Source of the DNA: Candidatus Saccharimonadales bacterium | GTDB taxonomy: Bacteria > Patescibacteriota > Saccharimonadia > UBA4664 > SCTI01 | Assembly: GCA_035479795.1 (NCBI GenBank) | Contig: DATIII010000008.1 | Coordinates: 30,487 to 94,486, forward strand | Reading direction: 5' to 3' | Length of the DNA stretch: 64,000 nucleotides | Part shown: positions 29,562-41,083 of the stretch, one piece after another | Position numbering within the stretch: the first letter of the stretch is position 1 | How the letters are laid out: each line of letters starts with the position of its first letter | Notes under the pieces: model-generated | What the model was told of the DNA's origin: nothing | Database searches by the model: none | Seen by the model: only the letters and a program-made list of their open reading frames with translations | Position numbers and translations under genes: made by a program

Positions 29562-29975
29562 TTAAGCCTTTTGCTTCTTGGCGCCGTATTTAGAGCGTCC
29601 TTGCTTCCGATTAGCCACGCCAGCGGTATCGAGCGCACCACGCACAATGTGATAACGCACACCAGGAAGGTCCTTCACCCGGCCACCGCGGATTAGCACC
29701 ACGCTGTGCTCTTGCAGGTTGTGTCCAATCCCGGGGATGTAGGCGGTGACTTCCATGCCGTTGGTAAGGCGAACACGAGCAATCTTACGCAGAGCCGAGT
29801 TCGGCTTCTTCGGGGTGGTGGTCGACACCTTTACGCAAACACCACGCTTTAATGGTGCCGAAGCCGCATAAGTCTTGCCCTTGAGCGCGTTTAAAGTGCG
29901 CCCTAGGGCCGGGGTGTTAGACTTCTTCTGCTTGCTTACCCGCGGTTTGCGGATTAGTTGGTTAATCGTCGGCAT
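29562..29975 (-). CDS. rpsL: 30S ribosomal protein S12
   Basis: [12 protein letters not shown]… and …[10 protein letters not shown]… S12 motifs. Confidence 0.96.
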   Translation of the reverse strand: MPTINQLIRKPRVSKQKKSNTPALGRTLNALKGKTYAASAPLKRGVCVKVSTTTPKKPNSALRKIARVRLTNGMEVTAYIPGIGHNLQEHSVVLIRGGRVKDLPGVRYHIVRGALDTAGVANRKQGRSKYGAKKQKA

Positions 29976-29987
29976 AACTTGGCTACT

Positions 29988-32900
29988 TTACTCTGATTCT
30001 ACCGGTGTGTCAATCTGTTGGGCGGGGTCGGCGTCGCCGGCTCCGCCCGATGCGTCGGCTTCGGCCCCAACGGCTACTGGAGTAGCTTCCTCAGCTGCCT
30101 GACGGGCCCGAAAACCGGTACCCACAGGTGTCAAACGGCCGATGATCACGTTTTCCTTGAGGCCACGAAGCTTGTCAACCTTCCCGCGGATGGCGGCACC
30201 AATCAGCACGCGACTGGTGTCCTGAAAGCTAGCAGCTGACAAGAAAGAGTCAGACGAAACCGAAATCTTGGTAATTGGCAGTAGTAGCTGCTCAAAGGTG
30301 GCAGGCTTCTTGCCGGCCTCCTCCAGCTCTTCGTTTTCTTCAATCACGCTCATGCGGGAAACAATGTCGCCGGTTACAAACAAGCTGTCACCTGGTTCCT
30401 CAATCTGAACCCGTGAGAACATCTGGCGAATGATGATCTCGATGTGCTTGTCGGCAATGGTTTGACCCTGACTGGCGTAGATCGACTGGACCTCAGCCAC
30501 GATGTAGTTTTGGACAGCCCCTTCACCGAGCAGCAGCAGCATGTCTTGCAGGTTAATTGAACCTTCGGTTAAGCGCTGACCCTTGGTAACCAAATCACCA
30601 TTTTTAACTTCAATTTCCTGATAAGCCGGAATGGTGTGGTCGCGGGTAGCGCCACCGGCGTGGGTAACCGTAATCTTGTCCTTATGAACTTCAACCGATC
30701 CTTCGACCTTGCTCTTTAACGCCTTCTTGCCCTTGGCATCGGCGGCCATGACATCACCAACCTGGACGGTATCTCCGGTCTTTACCTCGGGAATGCGATC
30801 GCCCAGCTCATAGTCGGTCATTTTCAGGTTAGTTGGGGTTATGCGAATAATCGTCTTGCCACTGGCTTCTTTAATTTTAACCACGCCGTCGATTTCGGCC
30901 AGAACGGCCTGACCCTTCGGACTACGGGCTTCAAAGATTTCTTCAACCCGCGGTAGACCCTGGGTAATATCAGCGCCGGTCAGACCCGAACCCTTGTGGA
31001 AGGTACGCATCGTCAGCTGGGTGCCCGGCTCACCAATACTCTGGGCGGCAATAACGCCGACCGGCTCACCCATCTCAACCATGTGACCACGGGCCAGATC
31101 GACACCATAGCACTGGCGGCAGATACCCCAGAAGGTCTTGCATTCGAGTACACTGCGCACACTGACGTCTTCGACACCGGCCTTGACGATTGCTTCAGCC
31201 AAATCATCAGTAATCAGCTGTCCAGCCTTAACTAGCGTTTTGCCATCGGCCTTAACAGCTTGGGCAGCCACCCGGCCGGCCAAACGGGTGTTAAAGCTTT
31301 CGCCAATCGATTCGGATTCAGCACGGGTAACCAAGCTGCCCTTCTTATCACCGCAGTCTTCTTCGGTGACGATCACGTCTTGAGCGACGTCAACCAAACG
31401 GCGGGTAAGATAACCCGATTCAGCCGTCTTTAGAGCCGTGTCGGTTAGACCCTTACGAGCGCCGTGGGTGGAGCTGAAGTATTCTAGGCCAGAAAAGCCT
31501 TCTTTGTAGCTGGAGCGAATCGGCAGCTCAATGATGCGACCGGTTGGGTTGTTGACCAAGCCGAGCATGCCAGAAATCTGGTTTACCTGGCTGAAGTCGC
31601 CACGAGCACCCGATTCAACATAGAGGCCAATGGTAGCTTCGTTACCCACCAAGGCACTTTCAAGATCGGCCTTAATCTGTTCATTGGTCTTCTGCCAAGC
31701 CTCAATGGTTCGGCGATAACGCTCTTCGTCGGTAATCAGCCCCATTTCATACTGCTTGGAAATTTCAACCACCTTGGCTTCACCCTGGGCAATTAACTCT
31801 TCTTTATTGGCAGGAACCACGAAGTCATCCACACCAATCGACATACCGGAGAAGGTGGCGTAGCGGAATCCCAGGTCTTTAATGTCGTCCACTACTTCGG
31901 CAGTAGCTTCTGGACCAGCCGAAACAAAGATTTCGGCCACTAGAGTCTGCAGCTTCTTCTTGGTCATGGTTTCGTTACGGAAAGGCATATCCTCAGGTAG
32001 AACGTTGTTAAATAGGATACGGCCAACGGTAGTTTCTACACGCTCACCGCCAATCGGTACGCTAATCTTGGTCTGCAGCTTGATAGCGTCAACATCCAGG
32101 GCATAAATAGCCTCGTTCTTATCCTTAAAGTGTTTGACTTTGTCGTCTTTGAATTTTTCGTAGGTCAGGTAGTAACAACCGAGCACCATATCCTGGGATG
32201 GGTTAACTACCGCAGCGCCATCAGCTGGCTTCAGCAGGTTACGAGTAGCCAGCATGATCTGCTTGGCTTCGGCTTGAGCAGCTTCCGAAAGCGGCACGTG
32301 AACCGCCATTTGGTCGCCATCGAAGTCGGCATTAAAGGCGGCACATACTAGCGGGTGCAACTGAATAGCCTTGCCTTCGATCAGTCGCGGCTGGAAGGCC
32401 TGGATACCCAAACGGTGGAGGGTTGGAGCACGGTTGAGTAACACATACTTTCCAGCAATGATCTCTTCCAGAGCATCCCACACCTCAGTGCGAGCACGCT
32501 CAATCATCCGACCAGCACTTTTTACATTATGGGCCAGGTCTTGTTCAATCAGTCGGGCCATCACGAACGGCTTAAACAATTCAAGCGCCATCATCTTGGG
32601 CAGACCACACTCGTAGAGCTTCAGGTTTGGACCGGAAACAATCACCGATCGTCCGGAGTAGTCTACACGCTTACCGAGTAGATTCTGACGGAAGCGACCC
32701 TGCTTCCCTTTTAGCATGTCACTCAAACTCTTGAGCTTGCGACGAGTGTTGGTCGAGCTAACAGCGCGCTCACGGCGGGCGTTGTTATCGACCAAGGCGT
32801 CTACGGCCTCCTGGAGCATCCGCTTTTCGTTTCGGCGGATGACTTCTGGGGCATCAAGCTCAATCAGGCGCTTCAAGCGATTGTTGCGGTTAATTACGCG

Positions 32901-33881
32901 GCGATAGAGATCGTTAAGGTCAGAAGCCGCAAACCGACCACCAGCCAACTGCACCATCGGACGCAGATCCGGCGGAATAACCGGCAGTTCAGTAACCACC
33001 ATCCACTCGGGACGGATACCGGCGCCCTTCATACCTTCCAGCATCTTCAGACGCTTTAGGGTCTTCTTTTTCTTCTGCCCGGTGGATTCTTCGGCCTCTT
33101 TGGTTAGTTCGTCGACCAGCCCATCAACATCAATTTCAGTCAACAGATTACGGACGGCCTCGGCGCCAATTTCGGCGCGGAAGACGTCACCATACTTCAG
33201 GTTCAAATCACGATATTTGGCTTCAGTTAGCAGCGCCAAACGAGCCAGACCTTCCAGCTCTTCCTTGGCATTGTTATAGCTGGCTTCCAGGTCGCTTAAT
33301 TCGCGAGACTGGCTGGCCGCCACTGCTTTGACATCAGCATCCTTGGCGCCAGCTTGCTTGGTGTGATCCTTTTCAATGTCGGCCTTGCGGGTTTTGTAGT
33401 CGGCCTCAAGGTCAACCAGAGCTTGCTTGCGGCGATCATCATCGACATCAGTCACAATGTAATTGGCAAAGTAAACAACGCGCTCCAGGTCACGAATACT
33501 CATATTTAGGACCAAGCCGATTGAGCTGGGAGTTCCACGCAGGAACCAAATGTGGGTCACCGGTACTGCCAAGCTAATGTGGCCCATGCGCTCGCGGCGA
33601 ACAATGCTACGGGTCACGCGGACACCACACTTATCGCAAACTACGTCCTTATAACGAATTCGCTTGTACTTACCGCAGTAGCATTCCCAGTCCTTGGTAG
33701 GGCCAAAAATGCGTTCGCAGAACAAGCCGTCTTTTTCCGGCTTTTGGGTACGATAGTTAATGGTCTCGGGCTTGGTAACCTCACCGTGCGACCAGTCGAG
33801 AATTTGGGTTGGGCTGGCTAGAGAAAGCCGTACCGCAGTAAATTCACTAGCTGTTTGGTCAATTGTTTCAATCGGGTTCAT
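29988..33881 (-). CDS. rpoC: DNA-directed RNA polymerase subunit beta'
   Basis: NADFDGD catalytic motif, zinc-binding Cys cluster and the full beta' architecture. The preferred start is ATG 33881 (MNPIETID…), with a GAGGAGG RBS and lying 1 nt after the rpoB TAA. The track start at 33935 would overlap rpoB. Confidence 0.95.
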   Translation of the reverse strand: MNPIETIDQTASEFTAVRLSLASPTQILDWSHGEVTKPETINYRTQKPEKDGLFCERIFGPTKDWECYCGKYKRIRYKDVVCDKCGVRVTRSIVRRERMGHISLAVPVTHIWFLRGTPSSIGLVLNMSIRDLERVVYFANYIVTDVDDDRRKQALVDLEADYKTRKADIEKDHTKQAGAKDADVKAVAASQSRELSDLEASYNNAKEELEGLARLALLTEAKYRDLNLKYGDVFRAEIGAEAVRNLLTEIDVDGLVDELTKEAEESTGQKKKKTLKRLKMLEGMKGAGIRPEWMVVTELPVIPPDLRPMVQLAGGRFAASDLNDLYRRVINRNNRLKRLIELDAPEVIRRNEKRMLQEAVDALVDNNARRERAVSSTNTRRKLKSLSDMLKGKQGRFRQNLLGKRVDYSGRSVIVSGPNLKLYECGLPKMMALELFKPFVMARLIEQDLAHNVKSAGRMIERARTEVWDALEEIIAGKYVLLNRAPTLHRLGIQAFQPRLIEGKAIQLHPLVCAAFNADFDGDQMAVHVPLSEAAQAEAKQIMLATRNLLKPADGAAVVNPSQDMVLGCYYLTYEKFKDDKVKHFKDKNEAIYALDVDAIKLQTKISVPIGGERVETTVGRILFNNVLPEDMPFRNETMTKKKLQTLVAEIFVSAGPEATAEVVDDIKDLGFRYATFSGMSIGVDDFVVPANKEELIAQGEAKVVEISKQYEMGLITDEERYRRTIEAWQKTNEQIKADLESALVGNEATIGLYVESGARGDFSQVNQISGMLGLVNNPTGRIIELPIRSSYKEGFSGLEYFSSTHGARKGLTDTALKTAESGYLTRRLVDVAQDVIVTEEDCGDKKGSLVTRAESESIGESFNTRLAGRVAAQAVKADGKTLVKAGQLITDDLAEAIVKAGVEDVSVRSVLECKTFWGICRQCYGVDLARGHMVEMGEPVGVIAAQSIGEPGTQLTMRTFHKGSGLTGADITQGLPRVEEIFEARSPKGQAVLAEIDGVVKIKEASGKTIIRITPTNLKMTDYELGDRIPEVKTGDTVQVGDVMAADAKGKKALKSKVEGSVEVHKDKITVTHAGGATRDHTIPAYQEIEVKNGDLVTKGQRLTEGSINLQDMLLLLGEGAVQNYIVAEVQSIYASQGQTIADKHIEIIIRQMFSRVQIEEPGDSLFVTGDIVSRMSVIEENEELEEAGKKPATFEQLLLPITKISVSSDSFLSAASFQDTSRVLIGAAIRGKVDKLRGLKENVIIGRLTPVGTGFRARQAAEEATPVAVGAEADASGGAGDADPAQQIDTPVESE

Positions 33882-33882
33882 C

Positions 33883-36800
33883 TTAAGCCTCCTCTCCTTC
33901 CGCGTCACCGGCCGTGGCAACGGCTTCCAATTCATCTTCCTGGCCAGCTGCTAAATCTACCAGCGGCATGTCAGCCACGGCGTCGCCAACTAGAAGCTCA
34001 TCTGTACCTAGCTCGTTCGCTTCAGCACGAGTTTCCTCGGCCAAAACTTCTTCAGCATCGACTTCCCCACTCTCGGCGCGGACTAATTCCACACTCAGGG
34101 TCAAGCTCTGCAGTTCCTTCACCAGCACATTAAAGGATTCCGGAATACGCGGGCCGCGGATTTCTTCGCCCTTAATAATCGCCTCGTAGGCTTTAGAGCG
34201 GCCGACCACATCGTCGGATTTAATCGTCAGGATTTCCTGTAAGGTGTTCGATGCGCCATAAGCTTCCAGGGCCCAAACTTCCATTTCGCCGAAGCGCTGA
34301 CCACCGCGCTGCGCCTTACCGCCCAGCGGCTGCTGGGTGACCATGGCGTATGGTCCGGTGGAACGAGCGTGGATTTTGTCATCCACCATGTGGACGAGCT
34401 TCAACATGTACTTGTAGCCAACCGTAGTCCGCTCTTGGAAGGGCTCACCGGTGCGGCCGTCGAATAGCTGAGCCTTGCCGTCTTCGGGTAGGCCGGCCTT
34501 CTTTAACTCTTCTTTAATCTGATCAATCTTCACTCCCTGGAACACCGGCGAAGCCGCGGTGTAGCCCAGAGCGGCGGCGGCCCAGCCCAGGTGAGTTTCA
34601 AAAACCTGACCCAGATTCATACGAGCGCCGACGCCCAGCGGATTTAAGATCATGTCTACTGGACGGCCATCGTCCATGTAAGGCATATCTTCAATCGGCA
34701 GAATTCGGGCAATTACGCCCTTATTACCGTGACGGCCGGCCATTTTATCACCCACCGAGATCTTGCGTAGCTGGGCGACCGAAACATGGTATTCCTCGAT
34801 AACACCGGCCTGCAGTTCATCGCCACCGGCGCGGCTGAATACCTTAACACCAACCACCTTACCGCGCTCACCATTTGGCAGGCGCAGGCTGGAATCTTTA
34901 ACATCACGAGCTTTTTCACCAAAAATGGCACGAAGCAGTTTTTCTTCACTGGACAGCTCCTGCTCACCCTTGGGCGTAATCTTACCAACCAGAATGTCTC
35001 CGGCAGCGACTTCGGCACCGATGCGGACAATACCACTTTCGTCGAGATCCTTCAGACTATCTTCGGAAACATTGGGAATATCGCGGGTTACAACTTCCGG
35101 ACCCAACTTGGTGTCGCGAACGTCCACCTGGTAGGTCTCAATATGAATTGAACTATAGCGGTCGTCTTCAACCAAACGTTGGCTGATAATGATCGCGTCT
35201 TCGAAGTTATAACCGCCCCAGGGCATGAAGGCGACCAAGATGTTCTGGCCCAGAGCCAGCTCACCCTTATCGGTCGACATGCCGTCGGCCAGGATGTCAC
35301 CCTTCTTCACCTTCTGGCCGTTTTCAACGACGGTTTTCTGGTGAATACCGGTACCAACGTTTGAGCGGACGAAGTTCAAGAGTGTGTAGGTCTGCTCGCC
35401 ACCCTTTTCATAATTGACGGTAATTTCACTGGCAGTGGCTTTGGTAACCACACCGTTACCTTCGGCCACAATCACCTGGGCACTATCGCGAGCCACTACC
35501 TCTTCCATCCCGGTGCCGACAATCGGCGCCTGCGGACGGATCAAGGCCACGGCTTGCTTCTGCATGTTCGAAGCCATCAGCGCGCGCTTAGCGTCGTCGT
35601 GCTCAATAAACGGAATTAGCGCGGCCGAAACCGACACAATCTGCTTGGTTGAAACATCCATGAAGTCAACTTCATTGGCATCCAGCTCTTCGGCGTTACC
35701 TAAGCGTCGGGCACCGACACGGGCGTCAACAAAGTAGCCATCATCATCCAGTCGGGTTGAGGCCTCAGTGATAACGTACTTTTCTTCATCGGCGGCGTCC
35801 ATATAAACAACTTCATTGGTTGCGCGAGCCTTAACCGGGACCATTTCGACAGTTTTGGCTAACTTTTTGGCAGTAGCGTCACTAATCTTGTCACCGGGCT
35901 TAACAATCACATTGCCTTTGTCATCTTTGATCGTGGTACGGGCGATGTGGCCGGCAGCCTCGGCGGCTGGCACGTTGTTTAGAATCTTGCGATAGGGAGT
36001 TTCAATAAACCCATATTCGTTAATCTGAGAATAGGTAGACAGGTTGGAAACTAGGCCAATGTTCGGGCCTTCTGGGGTCTCGATGGGGCAGATGCGGCCG
36101 TAGTGACTACGGTGCACGTCGCGGACTTCGAACCCAGCTCGCTCGCGGCTGAGACCACCGGCACCCATGGCAGTAATGCGTCGCTTGTGGGCAATCTCCG
36201 ACAGTGGGTTGGTTTGGTCCATAAACTGAGATAGCTGGGAGCTGGCAAAGAATTCCTTAACGCTGGCCACAATCGGGCGCACATTAATCAGCTGCCCGGG
36301 AGTCACGGTGGCGCGATCGTAAACCGACATACGGTCTTTAACGTTGCGCTCCATGCGCATTAGACCCACGCGGAAGCGTGCCTGGATTAGCTCACCAACC
36401 ATCCGCAGGCGACGATTAGCCAGGTTATCGATATCCTCGGCTGGATCACCGGTGTTGTTTAAGCGAATGATCTCTTTGACAATCTCCACCAGATCTTCAC
36501 GACGGAAAATGCGGTTTTCGAAGGTATTTTTAACATTCAAGTTTAGGCGCTTGTTGATTTTGTAGCGGCCAACCTTGGAGAAGTCATAGCGTTTTGGGTC
36601 AAAGAACATGCCCTCAATCAGCGTGCGTGAGTTTTCCACTGTTGCCAGGTCACCTGGGCGAATACGGCGGTAGACTTCCATCAGCGCCTCGCTCTGGTTG
36701 GCAGCCGCGTCTTTATCGAGAGTTTCTTTAGTGAAGTTGGTCTCGCCAGTTTCAACTTCTTTAAACAATCCCTTAATTTCGTCATCACCATACCCAAAGG

Positions 36801-37371
36801 CCTTCAGCAGCGTGGTAACGGGCAGTTTGCGCTTGCGGTCGATCTTGACCGAAATTACGCCGTTGGCGGCGGTGTCAAATTCCAACCAAGCGCCACGATC
36901 AGGAATAACCTTGGCACCGTAGAGGAGAGTACCGGCCGCGTTTTCCGATGTGAAGAACACACCTGGCGAGCGCACCAGCTGACTGACAACGACGCGTTCA
37001 ACACCATTGATGATGAAGGTGCCGCGAGCGGTCATCCATGGGTAATCACCCAGGAAGATTTCTTGTTCTTTGACTTCGCCGGTCTCTTTATTAACCAGCT
37101 GCACCACGGCCTTTAGCGGCACTTCGTAGGTAGCATTTTTGGCTTTGGCCGTAGCTTCGTCGAACTTCGGCTCTTCAAAGTGAAAGTCTTTAAAGCTCAG
37201 GGCCAGGGCCTTGCCGGTAAAGTCTTCGACCGGGCTGACGGCAGCAAAAAGCTCTGTCAGACCCTCAGTTTTAAACCATTCAAATGATTCAACTTGGGTT
37301 TTGATTAGATTTGGAAGCGCCAGCACTTCCGAATTTTTGTTAAAGGTACGTCGCTTTGTCGACTCTGCCAC
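33883..37371 (-). CDS. rpoB: DNA-directed RNA polymerase subunit beta
   Basis: Full beta-subunit architecture. The preferred start is GTG 37371 ([23 protein letters not shown]…), with GGAG 5 nt upstream. The track ATG at 37425 adds an atypical leader. Confidence 0.93.
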   Translation of the reverse strand: MAESTKRRTFNKNSEVLALPNLIKTQVESFEWFKTEGLTELFAAVSPVEDFTGKALALSFKDFHFEEPKFDEATAKAKNATYEVPLKAVVQLVNKETGEVKEQEIFLGDYPWMTARGTFIINGVERVVVSQLVRSPGVFFTSENAAGTLLYGAKVIPDRGAWLEFDTAANGVISVKIDRKRKLPVTTLLKAFGYGDDEIKGLFKEVETGETNFTKETLDKDAAANQSEALMEVYRRIRPGDLATVENSRTLIEGMFFDPKRYDFSKVGRYKINKRLNLNVKNTFENRIFRREDLVEIVKEIIRLNNTGDPAEDIDNLANRRLRMVGELIQARFRVGLMRMERNVKDRMSVYDRATVTPGQLINVRPIVASVKEFFASSQLSQFMDQTNPLSEIAHKRRITAMGAGGLSRERAGFEVRDVHRSHYGRICPIETPEGPNIGLVSNLSTYSQINEYGFIETPYRKILNNVPAAEAAGHIARTTIKDDKGNVIVKPGDKISDATAKKLAKTVEMVPVKARATNEVVYMDAADEEKYVITEASTRLDDDGYFVDARVGARRLGNAEELDANEVDFMDVSTKQIVSVSAALIPFIEHDDAKRALMASNMQKQAVALIRPQAPIVGTGMEEVVARDSAQVIVAEGNGVVTKATASEITVNYEKGGEQTYTLLNFVRSNVGTGIHQKTVVENGQKVKKGDILADGMSTDKGELALGQNILVAFMPWGGYNFEDAIIISQRLVEDDRYSSIHIETYQVDVRDTKLGPEVVTRDIPNVSEDSLKDLDESGIVRIGAEVAAGDILVGKITPKGEQELSSEEKLLRAIFGEKARDVKDSSLRLPNGERGKVVGVKVFSRAGGDELQAGVIEEYHVSVAQLRKISVGDKMAGRHGNKGVIARILPIEDMPYMDDGRPVDMILNPLGVGARMNLGQVFETHLGWAAAALGYTAASPVFQGVKIDQIKEELKKAGLPEDGKAQLFDGRTGEPFQERTTVGYKYMLKLVHMVDDKIHARSTGPYAMVTQQPLGGKAQRGGQRFGEMEVWALEAYGASNTLQEILTIKSDDVVGRSKAYEAIIKGEEIRGPRIPESFNVLVKELQSLTLSVELVRAESGEVDAEEVLAEETRAEANELGTDELLVGDAVADMPLVDLAAGQEDELEAVATAGDAEGEEA

Positions 37372-37525
37372 ATGGTCTCCTTGGTTACTCTTATATGCGC
37401 ATAGTTCCCCCCAGCAATTTGCCAAATCGCTCGGAGTAGAGTTAGGAGGTGATATCTAAATCGATAATAGTGCTTCCAAGACTTTCGCAGTCGGGCGAGA
37501 ATTTGACTGCGGGAGTCCTACACGC

Positions 37526-37553
37526 AAAAAAAGTAGGCAGGCCTTCCTACTTT
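37526..37553 (-). terminator. Rho-independent terminator after clpP (before rpoB)
   Basis: AAAGTAGG-caggcctt-CCTACTTT stem. The minus strand reads the hairpin followed by TTTTTTT. Confidence 0.7.
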
Positions 37554-37625
37554 GTGATTTAAGCTTCCTCTGTTACTCATTCTGCCTGCACGTGACAGGT
37601 TTGTCAACAGCTTTTGACTGACAAT

Positions 37626-38228
37626 TTAGTGGCGGCGGATGATTTCGTCGACAATACCGTAGTCTTTAGCCTCTTTGGCCGTCATGTAATAGTCCCGATC
37701 GGTGTCTTTTTTCACCTTGTCGTAGGGCTGGCCGGTGGCTTCAGCCAGATGCTTATCAAGGACTTCACGCAATGACAGTACTTCTTTTGCGGTGATTTCG
37801 ATATCAGTTGGAGCGCCTTGGAATCCGGCTGAGCCCTGGTGAATCATCACCTTAGAATTAGGCAGTGAGAAGCGCTTGCCCTTGGTACCAGCCGCCAGAA
37901 TATGGGCTCCCATGCTCATCGCCATCCCAACCACCACCGTGGAAACATCTGGCTTGATGTAGTTCATGGTATCGATCATGGCCAGGCCGGCATAAACACT
38001 GCCCCCCGGGGAATTAATATAAACCGTAATATCTTTTTTAGGGTCCTCATTCTCGAGGAATAAAAGCTGAGCAATCACCAGGTTAGCCACTTGATCATCA
38101 ATGCCGGTACCGACAAAGATAATGCGGTCTTTAAGCAGCCGCGAATAAATGTCGTAGGCGCGCTCGCCATAGGTGGTTTTCTCTAAAACCGTGGGAATCA
38201 ATATCTGGTTTTTCGGCTCTTGTGTCAT
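37626..38228 (-). CDS. clpP: ATP-dependent Clp protease proteolytic subunit
   Basis: ClpP Ser-His-Asp fold sequence (…[14 protein letters not shown]…). Confidence 0.95.
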   Translation of the reverse strand: MTQEPKNQILIPTVLEKTTYGERAYDIYSRLLKDRIIFVGTGIDDQVANLVIAQLLFLENEDPKKDITVYINSPGGSVYAGLAMIDTMNYIKPDVSTVVVGMAMSMGAHILAAGTKGKRFSLPNSKVMIHQGSAGFQGAPTDIEITAKEVLSLREVLDKHLAEATGQPYDKVKKDTDRDYYMTAKEAKDYGIVDEIIRRH

Positions 38229-38269
38229 GCCAGTATTTTACTCCATTTGGCACTCAACGTGCAAGAGTG

Positions 38270-38632
38270 CTAAAGTCGGCCGGCTCGCGTTGCTATTAAA
38301 TAGATTACGAATCCAAACTCGATGATTTTGTCGATAATGGGCGGGAGGGATAGCACATCAACGAGGAAAAATGAGATAGCTCCCAGTGCGGCGCTCAAGA
38401 GAAACCACTGTGTCCAACTCAAGTTGGTCAGCCATAAAAAGCGACTGCGAAAATAATTGTTGTTTGGGGCGTAGCTGTTGCCGGCCGCCACGGCGTTAAT
38501 GGCTGCTTCCTGCTGGTCTTCCTTACGCTGCTCATCAATCAAGTCGGCTCCTACCTTTTCCGCCTCTTCCGGATGACGATCATAATAATCCTCGATTATT
38601 TGATCGGTTTTGGCTTTACCCTCGTCTGCCAT
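38270..38632 (-). CDS. Hypothetical membrane protein (120 aa)
   Basis: Acidic N-terminal half followed by two hydrophobic helices. It sits between tig and clpP. Confidence 0.45.
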   Translation of the reverse strand: MADEGKAKTDQIIEDYYDRHPEEAEKVGADLIDEQRKEDQQEAAINAVAAGNSYAPNNNYFRSRFLWLTNLSWTQWFLLSAALGAISFFLVDVLSLPPIIDKIIEFGFVIYLIATRAGRL

Positions 38633-39913
38633 TTAGCCCTTCTTCGCGTACTCGGCCAATTTATCAATCGTGCGGGTGGCCATTAAATGATTGAAGACAT
38701 CTTCGCGAATGCGATCGCCGGCCAGTTCCTTCTGCATCGCCGGATCGGTATAGCGCAGCCTGAGCTGGTCGAGCTCGTTATCAACCTCTTCGGCGCTAAC
38801 CGCTAGGTCTTCCTCCTTGGCCACTTGACTGAGAATCATCGCCAACTTGGTGCGGCGCTCGGCTTCCGGCTTAATTTCGGCCTCAAAATCCTCCTGCGTT
38901 TGATTTTGGGCTTTCAGATATTGCTCCATGGTTAGTCCACTGCTGGCCAACCGCTGCGTCATCTCATTCTTCAGTCTCTCACTCTGCTGGAAGAGTAACT
39001 TCTCCGGCACAGCCACTTTGGTTTTGGTAATGATTTCATTGAGCAATTCATTTTCAAAATCGCGCTTAGCCTGCTCCTCACCTTCTACGGTTAGCTGATC
39101 TTTAATGTCAGCTTTCAGATCGGCCACAGTTTTGAATGGCCCTACTTGAGCAGCAAACTTATCATCAATCTCGGGCAACTGCAGTTCGGTAACCTCCTGA
39201 AGCTTGATTGTAAATTCAACCGGCTGACCAGCCAGAGTTGATTCGTGATAATCCTTTGGGAAGGTGATGGTGAAGGTCTTACCCTCGCCAGCCTTCATCC
39301 CAATCAGTTCGTCTTCAAAACCAGGAATAAACTGCCCACTGCCCAGTTTGAGCACATGGTTCTTGGCTGAAGCCCCGGCCACATCCTGGCCGTCTTTAGT
39401 CCCATGGAAATCAAATTTAACCTCGTCCCCTGTTTCGGCGGCCCGCACGGCTGGAGCGCGATTAGCCAGACGCCGCCGCAGATCTTCGATCACTTCATCA
39501 ATCTGCTTGTTCTCGATCTTGACCGGTTTAACCTGCTTTTTGATCTTCTTATAATCTGGAAGTTTAACCTCCGGAACAATCTCCACCGTTGCCTCAAACT
39601 CTAAGTCCGTATAGGGCACCCACTTTTTAACATCAACCTGCGGCTGGGCAATGACCGTCAGCCTGTGCTCAAAGACAGCGTCGGAATAGGCGTGGCTTAC
39701 GGCATGCTCTACTGTTTCGGCCTGAATGCGCTCTGCGCCAAGCTCACGCTCCACGATATTGTCCGGGGCCTTACCTGGGCGGAAGCCAGAAACTCGGACC
39801 TCACCCCTCAAGTGGTCATAAACATGCTGGCGTGCATGCTCAATGTCCTTGGGCTCGGCCGTGATCTTAAAAGTCACAGTGGTATCAGTGCGTTTGGTAA
39901 TTTCAGCTTTCAT
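38633..39913 (-). CDS. tig: Trigger factor
   Basis: A ribosome-binding N-domain, an FKBP-like PPIase middle domain (GFRPGKAP motif) and a C-terminal domain. The start is probably ATG 39913 (MKAEITKRTD…); the track extends to 39952. Confidence 0.9.
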   Translation of the reverse strand: MKAEITKRTDTTVTFKITAEPKDIEHARQHVYDHLRGEVRVSGFRPGKAPDNIVERELGAERIQAETVEHAVSHAYSDAVFEHRLTVIAQPQVDVKKWVPYTDLEFEATVEIVPEVKLPDYKKIKKQVKPVKIENKQIDEVIEDLRRRLANRAPAVRAAETGDEVKFDFHGTKDGQDVAGASAKNHVLKLGSGQFIPGFEDELIGMKAGEGKTFTITFPKDYHESTLAGQPVEFTIKLQEVTELQLPEIDDKFAAQVGPFKTVADLKADIKDQLTVEGEEQAKRDFENELLNEIITKTKVAVPEKLLFQQSERLKNEMTQRLASSGLTMEQYLKAQNQTQEDFEAEIKPEAERRTKLAMILSQVAKEEDLAVSAEEVDNELDQLRLRYTDPAMQKELAGDRIREDVFNHLMATRTIDKLAEYAKKG

Positions 39914-39970
39914 ATCTGCCGAATTGTACCAGATAAAGCGAGAGGCGCCCACCCCGGCATGGGTAGGCGC

Positions 39971-40189
39971 CTAATCAGACTCTTCTTCTTGCTTCCAGCG
40001 ATGCGTGTTTTCGAAGAAGCTACAGCGACAGCCCGGGATCTCACAACATTGATGTATGTCATCAGTCGCGTGATTGTAGCCGGTGTGACCACATTTAGCG
40101 CAGAGCTCGTAGTCTCCTGGATCCATGTGCGGATCGCCAACCCATGGGCCATTCGGGTCGAAGAGCGTGCCGTCTAAGGGCGAGGTCAC
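39971..40189 (-). CDS. Cys/His-rich small protein (72 aa), distal half of a TGA-interrupted reading frame
   Basis: CAKCGHTGYNHATDDIHQCCEIPGCRCSF. Its GTG start is in frame with, and 6 nt after, the stop of ORF 40193..40366. Confidence 0.4.
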   Translation of the reverse strand: MTSPLDGTLFDPNGPWVGDPHMDPGDYELCAKCGHTGYNHATDDIHQCCEIPGCRCSFFENTHRWKQEEESD

Positions 40190-40192
40190 GCG

Positions 40193-40366
40193 TCAGTAGC
40201 GGCCGATGTCATGGCCGCGGGAGTACGGCGAACTGTTGAGCGGCCGGACCGCAGATCCATGTACGCAGCAGCTCGGGTTTATCCAGCCGCGATCGCACGA
40301 GCATTTTGGCCTGGCCTCTTCATGCTCGTTGCATCTCTCGGTATAGGGGACTGGCTTGTCAGACAT
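40193..40366 (-). CDS. Cys-rich small protein (57 aa), proximal half of a TGA-interrupted reading frame
   Basis: Hand translation gives MSDKPVPYTERCNEHEEARPKCSCDRGWINPSCCVHGSAVRPLNSSPYSRGHDIGRY followed by TGA. A GGAGGG RBS lies 4 nt upstream of ATG 40366. It is not in the track because it is under 60 aa. Confidence 0.45.
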   Translation of the reverse strand: MSDKPVPYTERCNEHEEARPKCSCDRGWINPSCCVHGSAVRPLNSSPYSRGHDIGRY

Positions 40367-40528
40367 AACCCTCCATGTGCTAGATTATCCTTGACTCAAC
40401 AGTAGGCCCTCAGGTGTTAAATAGCAATAATTGCGTTCTCCGCCGGCCGGCGGATCACTCACTGAAGTTCTACGTCCTTTACCACTCAACACCAAAAGTG
40501 AGCACCCAACTATGTTAGATACTCACTT

Positions 40529-40612
40529 TGGTGGGGATGAAAGGACTTGAACCTTCACGCCTTGCGGCACTAGTTCCTAAAACTAGCGTGTCTACCATTC
40601 CACCACATCCCC
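40529..40612 (-). tRNA. tRNA-Leu (anticodon UAG), type II with long variable arm, CCA encoded
   Basis: Hand fold: acceptor stem GGGGATG/CATCCCC, D-arm, anticodon stem CTAGT/ACTAG with loop TT-TAG-GA, variable arm TGCCGCAAGGCGT, T-arm GAAGG-TTCAAGT-CCTTT, discriminator A and CCA. Confidence 0.8.
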
Positions 40613-40751
40613 GCGTCCAAACTGGGCACCCAGCTTACATAATTCTGCCGAATTACCTCAGCTTACGCCAGCAGTTTCTCCTTTCGAAATTCCAAACAGC
40701 TGCGCTTGGTTTGAAATTTCGGCTTAGGCCTCACCAGATAATACCTTAAAA

Positions 40752-41063
40752 CTACTTATCTGCGTACTTGCCGAAGCCGAGTACTCGTTTCCACCAGGGA
40801 TTCTTTGGCCGGGTTTCATCATAGCGAGCCCTGGAATGTGCCAATGTTTCGTCCTCACCGATGGGCATGCCATTTAGCTCGGCTTCGTGTTTTCCAACGC
40901 CGCTGGCTTCGATCCTTTGCCGGATTTGATCAACCGTTGGTCCTGGAGTTGAGGTTTCTCGGGCGACTGATCCCGCCCTTTGGCGCGCCCCAGCCTCTTC
41001 AGCTGCAGATATCGCAGATTCCGAAGATTTAGCCTGCTCTCCTCCCAATGTTTCTGGTGTCAT
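40752..41063 (-). CDS. Hypothetical protein (103 aa)
   Basis: Ala/Glu-rich with no recognisable motif. Confidence 0.4.
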   Translation of the reverse strand: MTPETLGGEQAKSSESAISAAEEAGARQRAGSVARETSTPGPTVDQIRQRIEASGVGKHEAELNGMPIGEDETLAHSRARYDETRPKNPWWKRVLGFGKYADK

Positions 41064-41083
41064 GAGATGCCCGTTTACCTTCT

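Noticed and set aside
33882-33935. N-terminal 18-aa extension of rpoC in the track (start 33935)
   Set aside because: It would overlap the rpoB 3' end by 50 nt. ATG 33881 has a GAGGAGG RBS and gives the canonical MNPIETID start.
40190-40200. Reassigned UGA (genetic code 25/4) as the explanation for the in-frame TGA
   Set aside because: rplQ, whose alignment to L17 ends there, terminates with TGA (6109-6111). The other checked genes use TAA/TAG, so the standard code 11 is most likely.
40528-40749. Track ORF (73 aa, TTG start) on the plus strand
   Set aside because: It lies entirely antisense to, and overlapping, the hand-folded tRNA-Leu(UAG) at 40529-40612. It has no RBS, so it is a spurious ORF.
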